Shown one piece after another: positions 26,260 through 39,390 of a stretch of DNA of 64,000 nucleotides; the first letter of the stretch is position 1; each line of letters begins with the position of its first letter. The notes beneath the pieces are model-generated. The model was not told where the DNA came from, searched no databases, and saw only the letters and a program-made list of their open reading frames with translations. The stretch covers positions 62,001-126,000 of the forward strand of contig KZ538066.1 of assembly GCA_000934665.2 (NCBI GenBank). Reading direction: 5' to 3'. The stretch comes from Catajapyx aquilonaris. Lineage: Eukaryota. The position numbers and the translations under genes are program-made.

Positions 26260-28749
26260 CATCCTAACTACACTAAGAATTGTATGTCACCAGGGCGTAA
26301 GTCTTACGCCCCGGTGCCAAAACAATGACAGCCAAACTCCAGGGTTTTGTCACTTACACTTTTGGTCTCTCAGTGATACAAGCAACAACCCGCATCCCTA
26401 CTCCCAGGGGAAAAAAACCTACAATGTAAACACGTCCGCCACGTGTCGTCCCCGGAAACGAATCACCATCCGGATAAGTTCCGGACAGTCCCTAGTCCCT
26501 TCCGCCTAAATAAATACATAGATTACATCCTCCCCCAGTCCTACTTAGCATTCTGTCCGTTTCCAGGAAGTAAAAACTTTGCTAAGAAACACAAGGACCT
26601 CTAGAAGGTCCATTTGGTTGGCCGCGTAAGGACACCCGCCTTCTTCTTGGTAGGCCATTAGGGATTCAGGTCCGGTTTTCCCTCTCTCCGGATAGAACCA
26701 GGCTCTTTCCCTGGGACTTTGTAATTAATAATTTTATCAAGTCATGTTGCTCCGGGTACGCCTTTGGGCTCTAATTACACGTCTCTTAATCGCGGGGACA
26801 GAGGACGTTGATCTGCATGGAATAAGCCCCCTTTTGGCAAGGGGAATACGGACACGAATTAAGTCCAATATCCCTCTAGGTCCGCCCTGGTAGGAATTCT
26901 GACGTGGCAATCAGTGCCTGGAAAAATGTATGGCCTGGTCCCTAATTGAAATGTGGAATTTTCGGACTGGGGGAGACACCTGGTGGCACGGGGAGGAAAA
27001 AATTAGGTCGAATTATACGGCTTAGTCTGGTGGTAATTGGCCAGGAAAAGTGGGCTAGTTACTTAACTAGAATGGATAACGGTAGTAGTTTACCTGGACA
27101 ACATAGACTGCCGTTAGCCCTTGTTATGTTTAAGAAACGTCTACAAAAGATAGCCATGAAGTGCTTAAGAAACGTCTAAGTAACGTTTACGAAACGTCTA
27201 CAAAATGTCTACAAAATGTCTATATGAAACGTTTAAGTAATGTCTAGGAAAACGTTTTGATTTTAATGATTTAAAAACGTATAATAAAGCACTGCCAAAT
27301 ATTTAAGAAACTTATAAAAATGTTTAGGACATGTACAACAATGTTGACGAAATGTTTAAAAATAATGCTCGTTAAGCATGAAATTCGATTAGAATGTTGC
27401 TAACTAGATTATCTAACGGTAAGTTATCTGCCATACAACCTACAAACATTTGTATCATGCGACGTGAATTAATCGTGCCAATTAAAAATAATCAGGAGCC
27501 AAAAAAAAGTTTTGCACATTCATTAACCATATGTTTGGAGCTATGTGATGATTACATATTAATTGTTGTAAAATAATCGTAGCTCTCAAAAATAATTAGC
27601 AAACAAAGTGAGGTACATTATTTTAGGGTTTGAAATGACCTAACGTAACCAGTTATTGATTTCAAACTGGCTGATTGTAACAGTTATGCTTATTACCTAT
27701 TTTAAAAATGACAAATTATAACAGTTATGCGTATTAGCTATTTTAAAAATGACAAATTATAACACTTTAAGAGTGGATAGGACCAGAATATTGTCCGGAA
27801 CAATTTTTTTTGACATGCGATACCCACAGAGGGCTTGTCCTCCGCATTGTTGCCATATTGCGTCGGACACTTTTTGTGATCGTTGATGTCGAGCAAAATT
27901 GTCGTTTTTGGCCCATAAAATGCGTATCTTTGAGCTCGGTCCGGAGTATATCCCCGTGGTACGCCTTCTTTTCGGCAGAGGCTTTACTCGACGCGTCAAT
28001 TTTTCTCCCCAGGATTTTCCCTCGGCCCATCAATCTTGGTGTCAGCTTCCATATTATACCCGGAGCCGATGCGCTACGATGACATCCTTTTCCCTCCACG
28101 CAAATTTGGAAGTCCAAGCTTCTTCCCTTCGCTCCCCTCCAACCCCCCCCCTCCCCCATCACCATCAGCTCCTTTCTTCGCTCCCCACCCCACCCAACCA
28201 CCCACACTAAACTTCTCAACATTGACAAAACATCATATTGAAATTCCTATATATCGACAGGAGGCTCTGGAGGGAAAAGAAGAGGGACAGGAACTTGCCA
28301 AGTCCTATCCACAAACTGCTTCACCTGCTCAACCGGCACAGCTCTTTCGTTTGAGACGATATCTGCCCGATTAGCAATGGCAATTAACTGTTACAAACCA
28401 GGAAATAAGCAACTCCTACACGTGCAGGAATTTAAAGTAACAAAAGTATCAAGAAAATAACTGCTCCGTTTCCGTTTGACGCGATATTAACTGTTATTAA
28501 CTGATATTAACTGATATTAACTGTTATAAGTGCAGGAATTGAAAGTAATTATAAAATTAGACAGAAATAACCGATACATAAGCAGCCAATAAAAACAACC
28601 CTCATAAAAGCAATCAATGGAAATAACTATTACAAAAGATCGCAAATAATATTATACTTATTTTGCGAGAATTACCATGTATACAATATTATTCACTCAT
28701 GTCAGGCAAAGCAGTTGCGACAAGATTGTCCTCATAATTTACTAGAAAA

Positions 28750-28942
28750 TACCTGCTATGTGAATGTATTATCAAGAAAATAGCTGCTAAGTGAATGCAA
28801 TATCGAGAAAGTAGCTGCTAAGTGAATGTATTATCAAGAAAATAGCTGCTAAGTGAATGTATTATCAAGAAAATAGCTGCTAAGTGAATGTATTATCAAG
28901 AAAATAGCTGCTAAGTGAATGTATTATCAAGAAAATAGCTGC
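28750..28942. repeat. 31-bp minisatellite
   Basis: AGCTGCTAAGTGAATGTATTATCAAGAAAAT x~6. Confidence 0.95.
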
Positions 28943-29276
28943 TTCGTTTCCGTTTGACGCGATATTTGCTTGCTTAGCAAAAAAAATCACTGCTACAAAC
29001 TGCAGATACTAAAACGTCTTAAAACAAATAAGTAACTGGTAAAACAGATAATAAAATAACAGTTCAAGGATAATGAACACTTACAAGGGCAGACAATCGA
29101 AATAACATTTGAAAAATACCAGATAAATACATAACTGTTAAAATAAATAATAAATAGCTGTTACATGAGCAGGCGACGAAAATAACTGTTAAAGAAGCAG
29201 ATACTAAAATGCTTACTTAAATGATAAAATAACTTTTAAAATAGACAATAAATCACTTGTTAAAAGATGCAATAAG

Positions 29277-29331
29277 CGATCTGATTGGTGGAGCAGAGGG
29301 TGGGGGGACCTCTGCTCCACCAATCAGATCG
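29277..29331. other. Perfect hairpin, 23-bp stem and 9-nt loop
   Basis: CGATCTGATTGGTGGAGCAGAGG / CCTCTGCTCCACCAATCAGATCG. Confidence 0.95.
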
Positions 29332-31546
29332 GTGGGTACAGTGCGGTATAAAAGAAATTCACATTTGAAACACTATCGTCGTAATATAATTATGACTTTT
29401 TTTTTTAGAAGTTAGGATGTGGGGTACTGTAGAAGAGTACAATCAACTACCTTTCTATATTGTGGTAACTGATACACGTGACGAATGAAAGTTAAAGGAC
29501 TGGTTGTTCACCCTAGCAACCAGTTGAAAGAAAAGCAACAATAGCAAGATAATGGTTGCATCTCTTTTAATCATGGTGGCTAGGGTAGACACTATCCTCT
29601 TTCTCTAGGAACGTGCTCCACCTACCATCCACAAACTGCTCTACCTGTTCAATCTGCACAACGTGTCCCAACAGACTACTCGGCCTTCAAAATAACCCTG
29701 GGTTTTCCCGCTCCGGTTTTTTTCAAAAAGAGTGGTAAGTCCCCAGAGGGATTAGACGCCTCCTCCTTACAAACTGCTAGTTTTACGCACTAATGTCTTG
29801 GAAGCTCCGTGTTTTTAGCTATTCACACTACGAGAGCAGGTAAAAGCGAGCCGGCTGATTACATGGCGAGAACGAGTCGGCCTGGTAATTAACCGCTTTC
29901 TACCCGCACAAACACTGGGTTTAAGCGAACTAAGGGGGTGGAGCCACTGGTTTAAAAAAAAAAGTTAATTAAAAAAACCGGGGGTATTGTTGCGACGTTT
30001 TACGGATTTTTTTTAAGGAAACAGGGCGAATCTGGTGTATTAATCGGCATGTTGTAGTGCCCGCACTTTTAAACCATGGTTTTTAATTAAACTCAGCTTA
30101 TGCTAAATAGAAAGGTAAATAGACACGTGTTATTCTAGCATGATCCTGCCTGGCGGGAGTTGGAGTAGGGGGAGTGGGAGGGGCTGCCATTTTGTTTACC
30201 TTATTTCGGCTGGACGTAATAATAAGTTGCGTAATGTTAGTACTTCCGGTCTAAAACGGGGGTGGGATAATAGTTGCGGGGCACTGTTGCGGTGTACCGG
30301 ATTTTTGCCAAAGTACGCCCCCTGGCCACTCTATATCTAGCAACGAAATCGAAAAATTGTACAATTTTTGCAAAATTTTGTGGCACTACATTAGGCCTAT
30401 ATACGTATTATCAGCTGTTATTAATAGACGCTATTAGTAGCCTCTATCAATAGCCGCTATTGGTACATGTTATTAATAGCAGTGACTAATATGAATTTTT
30501 AATACCGGCAGCCGTTGTCAATGGTCGTTATTTGTTGCAGCTATTAAACTATGTTACAAATAGCAGTTACTGTCAGGTTTTCTATAGTATTTACTGCTAA
30601 TGTTAGGTCGAGCCCATCAATGATGTCCGGATGTTAAGTTAGTAGCAGTTATAAAAGTTATTAGGAGCTGTTATTGATATTTATAAGCTATTCGTAGAGG
30701 CATACCTACCAGCTATTAATACCCATTATTGATAGCCGTTATTAATGGGAGTGATTAACCGTTATTAATATAAATTATTAGTAGTATCCGTATCAAAAGA
30801 CGTTATTAGTAACCTATCAATAGGCGTTATTAGTAGCCGTTATTAAAATGTTATAAATAAGCAGTTACTCTGAGGTTTCCAGTGTTAACTGCTACGTTGT
30901 AGGTCGAGCTGGGTCTTCTGAACTTAATATTAGTAGCTAATAGCCTATTAAAGAATAAGCAGCTGAATAAAAAAGTTCTAGTAACGTTCTGGAGACAGGG
31001 AAGGGTTGCCAGGTGAATCAGTTTAGCCAATTCGACTCTAAATCTGGCAACAATGCTCGAGGGAGGTTGGCCCCACCCCTGACAAGATAATTCGGGATTA
31101 TGTAATGCTCCCCTCAGTGGTCCGCGATAAAGAGTAAGCGCAATATGAAATTCGGCCACGATCCTCCTACACGGTTACTTAGGGAATACCCAGCCCGGAA
31201 ACTACACTCTTTTTGTTCTCCCCTCCCACCCATTTTTCCCCCCTTTTTTACTCCCAAAAATGGTTGGGTGTAAGTGGCCTCATTTGGGCATCCAGTCCAC
31301 GTCCCCTTTTAATGGGAACACTGATAATTCTCTGCCGGGGGACTACTCCACATTAGGAATAATTCCTCCCAGGCACCTCTGCGTCTTTGGACCTTCTCCT
31401 GGGCCTATTTAGCCAAATAACGGAATTAAATAAGCATAGCCGCTCATTTAACTGCTCTTCAAAAGAGCAATCACTGTTTATCCCTGGCTACTATGTAGCG
31501 TAGCAGTGATTTTGTGGCAGCTACTCAAAATAGGAAGATCTCCGCG

Positions 31547-31672
31547 ATGGTGTCTACGCCTTGCTGCGGCGGTGGGATTCGCATGTCTCCCGCGACCCCG
31601 AGAGCTATGCCGGCGGTAGCTTCGTCTATTGGTAGGGCCACCCAAGTCGAAGGTCTGGGGTAGCAGACTAGA
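31547..31672 (+). mobile_element. Orphan 5' leader resembling RTE-clade LINEs (BovB/Expander-Rex3-like)
   Basis: Ordered blocks GCCTTG..GGCG..GGG, GAGCTATGCCG, TAGGGCCACCCAAG, AGGTC..CAGAC match the RTE 5' UTR as I recall it. No ORF follows. Confidence 0.65.
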
Positions 31673-32439
31673 GATTTCCTCTCTTATTTGTTCTCTTCGT
31701 TTTTCTCACAATCTGTCCCACCTTCGTGTCTTCTGATAGCTAGGTAGCCATAGTTGCTTAGGCATCTTCCTAATAAAATCAAGCCAAACCAAAATAGCAA
31801 TCCACTTTGCTGCACCTAGCAGCGATTTTTCACTGTTACTGAAAAGTGAAAACACTATTGCACTTGTGGAACACGCTGTCTTCACGCGATACCTATGACA
31901 TGAACTCCTTTTTTTTTGAAATAACAAATAGAAATAACATCGAAAACATGGCTAAGGAGAACCTACTGTTATTTTTGAATAAAAATAGTCACCTGCTGTA
32001 TTTAAATTGATGCTATTTTCTAGTAAAGAGTTGCTCACTCCCGCATGTGAATAACAGCTTTGATCACCGCTACTATGAAAAAGCAGCAACATAGAACACT
32101 ACTAGTTTAGAAAAAGTAACAATTTCAGCAACATAACAGTTGGAATAATATCACTGCTACTCTGGGATGGCAGTAGAGCGACCTCTTTAATGTTGATCAC
32201 ATGTGCATCGAAAACAATAATCACTACCTGTTTAGAATGGCAGTAGCGATGGTACCTACTGCTTTAAAATAACAATAGCAATTAGCACTGCTTGTTTTCC
32301 AGAATTGTTGCAATTATCACTGCTACTCTCGAATCGCACTTACTCTCGACTCTTACTTTTCGATGATCATACTGTATATGTTTCAAAAACCACAATAATC
32401 ACTGCCAGCTCTAATAGTAACAGTTGCGATAATAACCGT

Positions 32440-32605
32440 TAGTTTAGAATACCTGAAGCATTCATAACCGTTAGTTTAGAATAACAGTAGTGACGCTAAC
32501 TGCTAGTGTGAAATAACAGTAGTGACGCTAATTGCTAGTGTGAAATAACAGTAGCAGTAATCACTGCTAGTGTGAAATAACAGTAGCAGTAATCACTGCT
32601 ACTTT
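32440..32605. repeat. ~32-bp degenerate minisatellite
   Basis: CTGCTAGTGTGAAATAACAGTAG units. Confidence 0.8.
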
Positions 32606-33619
32606 CGAGTCACAGCAATACCTGTTAACCAAAGCTTTCCATCGTACACACTGCTATAGTTACCCACCCTTTCACTTCACCTCCTCACAAAATTGGCTTG
32701 ATTTGATGTTGGCAACCCTGATTCAGGGTTGGCAGTGTGCACCCAACCAGATTGCAGGGGGAGAGAGAGAGAGAGAAGTGAAGGATCATTTTGGGCCCAG
32801 GTCAATATTGAGACGGAGATAAGGCCCCAATTAATTGCAACTCTAGCAAAAGACCAATGATTGTCTGGCTCCTTATCGCTTGCCAGGAGGGATGGAGAGG
32901 TGGGGGAGGGATTGGGAATGAGAGAGAGAAGGGGGTGGAGGGGGGGACAAGTTTCAGTAGTTTCCAAGCGTGTCAGATACAGAGACACATTACACTTCCG
33001 GTGTCATATTTCGATGACGTATCGATTCGTCAATTTCTGTGGAGTTAGGGTCATTCACACTCCTGGGTTTGGAAAATAGGTTGGCTACACTGCCAGACAC
33101 GATTTTAAGATTGTCCATCTGGTCACCTTGATAATTTCCATATCTGTCCGGAACGTGCCGGAACGTTCCAGTTTGTGCCAATTCGATCCAAATCTGATCC
33201 CATATGATCACCACAAGATTGAAAAAATCATCATCATCATCACCCTTCGCTCCCATACAATTAACAAAAATTAAGGTCATACACGCAGCGGGCTTGACTG
33301 TGTTTACGTCCCGACAGTAATGAGCGTTAACTAACGGAATAATTGATTGCAGTAACAAGGTTTATAATTCCTCAAGGGACTACACAGATGCCGCTTCGCG
33401 CCGGCTCATTCACACCTGAAATTTTGCACCCAACACAATCCGCTATTCCGAGCCAATAACTAATCTGCTTATTAGTAAGCAGTTTATATTAGCGCCCTAA
33501 AATATTAGCTATCATCATTGTTGACCATTCCAATAGGGTCAAATGCCTCTCCAATATTAGTAGCCTATAGCCAATAGGATTTCAAGCTATTTCAAGTGCA
33601 ACTACTCTAATAGGCTTAC

Positions 33620-33835
33620 TTTGGTTATTTCTAATGTAACTAATGTTTATTTTAGTTATTTCTAATGTACCGGTAACTAATATGTTTATTTTGGTTATTT
33701 CTAATGTACCGGTAACTAATATGTTTATTTTGGTTATTTCTAATGTACCGGTAACTAATATGTTTATTTTGGTTATTTCTAATGTACCGGTAACTAATAT
33801 GTTTATTTTGGTTATTTCTAATGTAACTAATATGC
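33620..33835. repeat. 39-bp minisatellite
   Basis: TAACTAATATGTTTATTTTGGTTATTTCTAATGTACCGG x~5. Confidence 0.95.
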
Positions 33836-35819
33836 TAATATTAGTAAGCACTCAATATTAGCTCCCTAAACTGTCGTCAGTGTTGACGCACTGACTGAGT
33901 TCAAAGCCTTCTCATATCAGTATAGCCAATATGATTTTCAGGTTATTTCAAGTGTTACAACTGATGTGGTTATAATTTTGGCTATTTCAAATGTAACCGA
34001 TGTTCTTATTATTTGCTATTTCAAGTGTAACTAATAAGCTTATCAGTAAGAAGTTAATATTAATGCCACACCAACTAGGTCAGCGTTTTATCAAATACGG
34101 TAAACTATTATAGAGCCAAATAATATATGACTTTTCAGGTTATTTCGAGCGTAACTGATATGCTTCTTTGCACGTTATTTTAAGTGTAGCTCAAAGGGTT
34201 TTTCACGTTATTTCAAATGTAGCTAATATGTTTTTCACGTTATTTCGAGTGTAAGTATACGTAAGTGAGGGTTGACCTTTTCAGTTCATACCTCTGAACC
34301 CGCGAGGTCACTCAGGGTTGTGGTGGTGATCAAACGATACTTGGTACAACGGGTACGGAGCGACTGCTTATTAGTCTGGCCTGCAATCAAACCTCAACAC
34401 GACTGAATACACAAGAGAACTCCCCCTCAGGTCCCCCACTCCAAGTGGGGCCATCTAGTGAGCAACGTCACAACTAATATGATGATTTTTCACGTCATTT
34501 CGAATGTAATTAATACGTTTATTAGTAAGCAGTTGCTATTAGCGTCCGAAAAATATTTTGTTGGTAAGACTTGGTTGGACCAAACCTAAAGTCGTAATAA
34601 AGAGTGGCCGGGGGCCGCACCTTGTTAGACCCATAAAATGCAACAATGGCCCCTCTCCCGAACTTTTTAATTTGAGTTGTGAAAAGTCTATAGATGGGTG
34701 TTAGGAGAGGCAGGGGTGTGCTATAGCCACCTCTACAGCTGGGTGGGTGGGAGGGAGGGAGGGCACAACATGATGTGGGAATAGCGGCGTGTCCTTTATT
34801 GCCCCCCGAGATTTTTGGGGACAGAGTGGGAGGGAAGTAATAGTTGGCCCGGGCTGTGTGCTGGGCTATCGGGAGGAGGGGAGGGGGTGGTGCACATGAA
34901 GCATCGCCCGCAATGGTCCGGGCGTGGGTCCCATTATTGTCATTGGCCGGCCGGACTGGCACTAGTTGTGACGCGCCAGGCCACCCCATTTCCGATGCCT
35001 CTGCCCGCTAATTACTGGTTGCGGCCGACAGAGGGCTCTGAATGTGCTCGGCCCCACATTTCTTTTTTTTATTATTATTATCATTCCCAGTGTGTTCGGT
35101 TATGAGCCGCCAGAGCCGGAATGTTGAGGGAAGGTCAATGAAGGGTTACCAAGAGGGTAGTCACTTGATACTATAGTATACGACGGACTTGACTTCAATC
35201 GGACTTCACCGGACTGCCACCGGACTTCAGTTTAGGTGTACGAAGGACTTCACACATGACTTACTCCTCGAGGGATACTCTTAACAAGACTTTTCCCACC
35301 GACACGTATGCATACTAGTGTGAAGAAGGACGGAGGTATCTTTACTGCCGGGAGGGAGACGGCAGGCAGAGTGTCGGCTGGGGGCACTGGCTCCGTCCGA
35401 AACAGCGAGTGTGTGGTGAGAGGCAGGCGGGCAGGAGAGCAGGCAGGCAGACTGTAGCAAGATGGCGGCAAGAGACGAGGCGGGAACTGCGTTTCGGACG
35501 CAGCCACTACCCCCAGCCGCCAGTCGCCCTGTCGCCTCCCGCACGGCACTAAGGACTACTCCTTTCGTGAAGAATAGTTAAAAGGACCGTAACTTTTATG
35601 CACCAGAAAATTGTTAAAATAAGTGTATGGTACTAGTTTATTATTTAGTGTCTTGAACTAGTATGGCTAATATTTGAAATAGATGTTATGCACCATATGA
35701 GTAGCAGCGAAAATCAATAAATATATTAATTAAATTAACATTAACTAGTAATAAATAGTAATAATAACGGTCCATAGTTAACGGTAGAAAATAAATAATA
35801 GTTAAAAGAATAGGTTAAA

Positions 35820-35935
35820 AATAATTATTTGAAATAATAGGTTAAAAGAAGTAATATTTGAAATAATAGGCTAAAGAAGTAATATTTGAAATAATAGGCT
35901 AAAGAAGTAATATTTGAAATAATATAGGCTAATGA
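35820..35935. repeat. ~28-bp minisatellite
   Basis: AATATTTGAAATAATAGGCTAAAGAAGT x4. Confidence 0.85.
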
Positions 35936-36245
35936 AATAATATTTCTGACATAATAATCAAAAAAGTAATAGTAAAAAGTAGTAGCTAACGTAATAGTCA
36001 AATAAGTAATAGCTAAAGTAATATGTCAAATAGTTTAAAATGCCAATGACGTTATGAAATGATAAATACAATAGTTGCAATAAAATATATTATACTATGA
36101 GTAACAGTTCAAAATAACTGACATCGTGGAGGGATTGTTAGTAATGCAAGAAGGTGCGACCAGACCAAGCATTTGTAGGCTACACATTAGCTAATATTTT
36201 CCCATTTTAATTTATTCTTAAATTGGGAAATATTCGTTCATGTGC

Positions 36246-36287
36246 ACTCACCTGTGGATAGCTATTTATAGCTAGCCACAGGTGAGT
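36246..36287. other. 42-bp near-perfect palindrome
   Basis: ACTCACCTGTGGATAGCTAT-TT-ATAGCTAGCCACAGGTGAGT, one mismatch. Confidence 0.9.
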
Positions 36288-37139
36288 TTTGATATGATAA
36301 CATCTTTTGGACAACAACTGACTGACTACCTCTTATTGAGAAAATGATATGAATAGTCATCTTAGTTAGTTGGTGTTGTTAGATCGTTAGGTTATCGTAC
36401 CTCGACTATTTTACTTCAATTGTTCTACTCACGTATACCAAATCAAACGTTGGCCAAAGAGTGTTCCTGACCTGACCCAGAAGCAAACAACACTAGTGTA
36501 GGTCTCGACCACGACTAACAATCACGTCTGCAGACATCCCTTTCCTACCCCCCTCTCCCCCTCTCCCTCTGCCCCTCACCCCAAAGGAGACAAAGTGACA
36601 AAGTGAGCTTCCTCTTTCTCGAGTCATTGTCCAAACAGTTTGGATCCCATCAATCAGAGGGACCCTGCTGTAATTCCAGGAGCGGCTGTGGACAAGTGAG
36701 GAAGTGTTTCATCACTTGGAGGCTAGGAGGTGGTGGAGGAGGACAGGAGGGGGAGGCTAGGAAGCAAATTCATTCAACTTTTCATTGCGGGTCGAAATTG
36801 CTTCTGGGTTGACACGTCCAAAAAAAGCGTGTACAAAATCACCGCTACGGGACGCTGCTGTTCAATGAGAACTGTCAACTTTTTTTTAGAACCCGAACTG
36901 TTCTGGCTTTTTTTTCGCGAGCGATGAATTCAAGTGCGGTAATTAGTTTCTAACGATGTACCACCACCTATATAGTCTTATGCACTGGCCAATTTACGCT
37001 CTTCCCTTTTATCCCCCGTTAATTTGCACTCTTCACTATTTTTTGCTGCCATGCGATTATAGCCGCCTAATGCGAAACTGAACATACCCTTTAGAGTTAA
37101 TGACACAAAAAATAGTAGGGCGATTTGCGATAATTATTT

Positions 37140-37900
37140 GCCCCCCCAAAAAATTCGGCGCCATTTTTGAATTCACACCCATGGACGCCATTTTCCATCC
37201 AAAATGGCGTCGCATCGGGCAAAAATTCCCCCAATAAATTCATCTACGTCAAACAAACCTGTGTCACACTCGACGCCGAAGAATTTGTAAGCATTTTAAC
37301 CAAATCGCCCCCATTTTGGACCAATATAATGCATTTGGATCAAAAATGGCGTCGATTTGGACAAAAACCGCCAAAAATTAACCTAAAGGCGATATCGCTG
37401 GCCCCTAATCGCTAGCGCAAACTGACGCGGAATAATTTGGAAGAATTTTTGTCTGCCAATACGAGTTCATACGCATTCATAATTAGTGCGGCTGGATCCA
37501 AAATGGCGTCGATTTGGGCAAAAGGTCGGCCGAAAAAAAACTACGTCAAACATGCGATATCGCTGGCCCCTAATCTCTTTCTCACACTTGACGCAGGTGA
37601 CTTTGGAAANGTTGGAAATAAAGGGGACTCCAGACAAGATGGCTGACCGAGTTGGACGTGTTTCACTAGGGGGGCTAAGTAAAAGACTCGAATAAAACAC
37701 AAAATGGCGTCGATTTGGGCAAAAGGTCGGCCGAAAAAAAACTACGTCAAACATGCGATATCGCTGGCCCCTAATCTCTTTCTCACACTTGACGCAGGTG
37801 ACTTTGGAAAAAAAATTTGAATATTTTTGCGGTTGATTTGTGGCCAATTTCTGCCATGTTTGGTCCAGCCGGAGTCAACAATAATCGTCGCCATTTTTAG
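37140..37900. repeat. Degenerate ~150-bp repeat block rich in AAAATGGCG/CGCCATTTT, with an exact 111-bp duplication beside an N
   Basis: 37499-37609 is identical to 37700-37810; N at 37610; related units at ~37200 and ~37340. Confidence 0.85.
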
Positions 37901-37927
37901 TCCTGACGGATTATATTATGATCATTA

Positions 37928-38238
37928 CTAGCTGCGGCACCCTGCGTTGCCCGGGAAGAAATGAATGAAGGGAAAACATCTGCCAGTACTCCCGTCAACA
38001 ACTGCTTGTCTTTCTGTGTGTCCGTCCACCAATGCCATCTGTGGTCCGGCTACTCCGACACCTTCAACCTCTCCAGCCTGTATAACGGCAACCGTCATTT
38101 GCCTGCCATCTGTAGTCAACCCCCAACATCTCCATCCTCTCCCGGCCTGGGGGTGGAGCACAGATGGCAGGCAAGTGACGGTTGGCAGGCGGACAGACAG
38201 ACAGACAGACTCACTAACGGCTTTATTTATATAGAAGA
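37928..38238 (-). mobile_element. Non-autonomous Helitron (Lep1-like architecture), 311 bp
   Basis: Minus strand: A|TCTTCTATATAAATAAA 5' end, (GTCT)n, subterminal hairpin CCCGGGCAACGCAGGG, CTAG|T 3' end; inserted in AT with no TSD. Confidence 0.9.
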
Positions 38239-38383
38239 TATAAGTTGTAAGGACCCAAAACTGATACGATTTTGCATCAGACTGGACTAAAAACGTTTCT
38301 CTCGCGATATCGCCGCCTCCTATAATCGCCAGTCACACTTGATACGTCGAGAGCGATCAAACGATTTCTTTTCAACACCAGCG

Positions 38384-38476
38384 TCTGTCCATCACAGAAA
38401 ATAGAGTTAAACATGTCCCCAACCAACTGGCGCCACAAAAAAAAATCAATTCTCCAATCCTGTGATAATGGACAGA
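38384..38476. mobile_element. Small degenerate inverted-repeat element
   Basis: TCTGTCCATCACAG ... CTGTGATAATGGACAGA. Confidence 0.5.
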
Positions 38477-39177
38477 AACACTTTGCCGGTTGGCCATCCA
38501 GAGAGAACCAATCAGTTCCGCAGCTCTAATTTTAGAACACCCCACACCGCGGTACTTTTAAACAATCTCATCTAGTGTAGCAAGCGACGTCGCTTTTTAT
38601 CACTCTTCACTTTCACACCAGTCAGATATACACGCTTTCGTATATAAAAAAACCCCCAGAATTAGAACTTCATTTCGAATTTTTATGCGGAAATTAAAAC
38701 CGCGATTTTCGCTACCCGCTTTTTTTTTCGTAGCGAGCGATCAACAGATTATTAGGCCAACCCCTTTTCGCATGTTTGATAGTCCAATCACGAAGGAAGC
38801 GGCGTGTAGTTGTCCGCACAGACCATCGCTGGGGCGACCTTTGGCTGATTTGCAGCAATCAGTGCCATTGGAGCGGGGGGGAGTGGACCACCCTTTTTCG
38901 GCACGTTCGTCACGCACCAATCATATTAATCAGAACCACACTCCAAGCCAAATTCGACCAGTATGTGCTGGCCAAATTTTAATTTTTTAAAATTAAAAAG
39001 TAAACGGGCGAAAAATGCTGGCTCACCCGGCTCACTTTGAGGCGCTTCCCTCTACTGCAAGTTAACAGTCATCTACCTTGTTAACGGTTGGCTTGTTCAC
39101 GATAGACCCCTCAACATTTTCGATTTGTATTGAGCATATCTATCCATTGCCATGTTTTGATAACATTTGCACATATA

Positions 39178-39390
39178 CAGGGTGTCTCAACTTTTTTTTG
39201 TCCGAACAGTTATCGGAAATATTGCACTAAGCTGCTACTTTGTAAGCAGTGTATGCCACTTCAACTGAAGATTCGCAGGAAATATTCCTCATTCCTCCAA
39301 CAGTCCAGTTGCAAGTCACTGCTTACAAAGTAGCAGCTTATAGTGCTATATTTCCAATAACTGTTCGGACAAAAAAGTTGAGACACCCTG
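39178..39390. mobile_element. Tc1/mariner-type MITE, 213 bp
   Basis: TA|CAGGGTGTCTCAACTTTTTT ... AAAAAAGTTGAGACACCCTG|TA; ~75-bp near-perfect TIRs; TA TSD. Confidence 0.95.
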
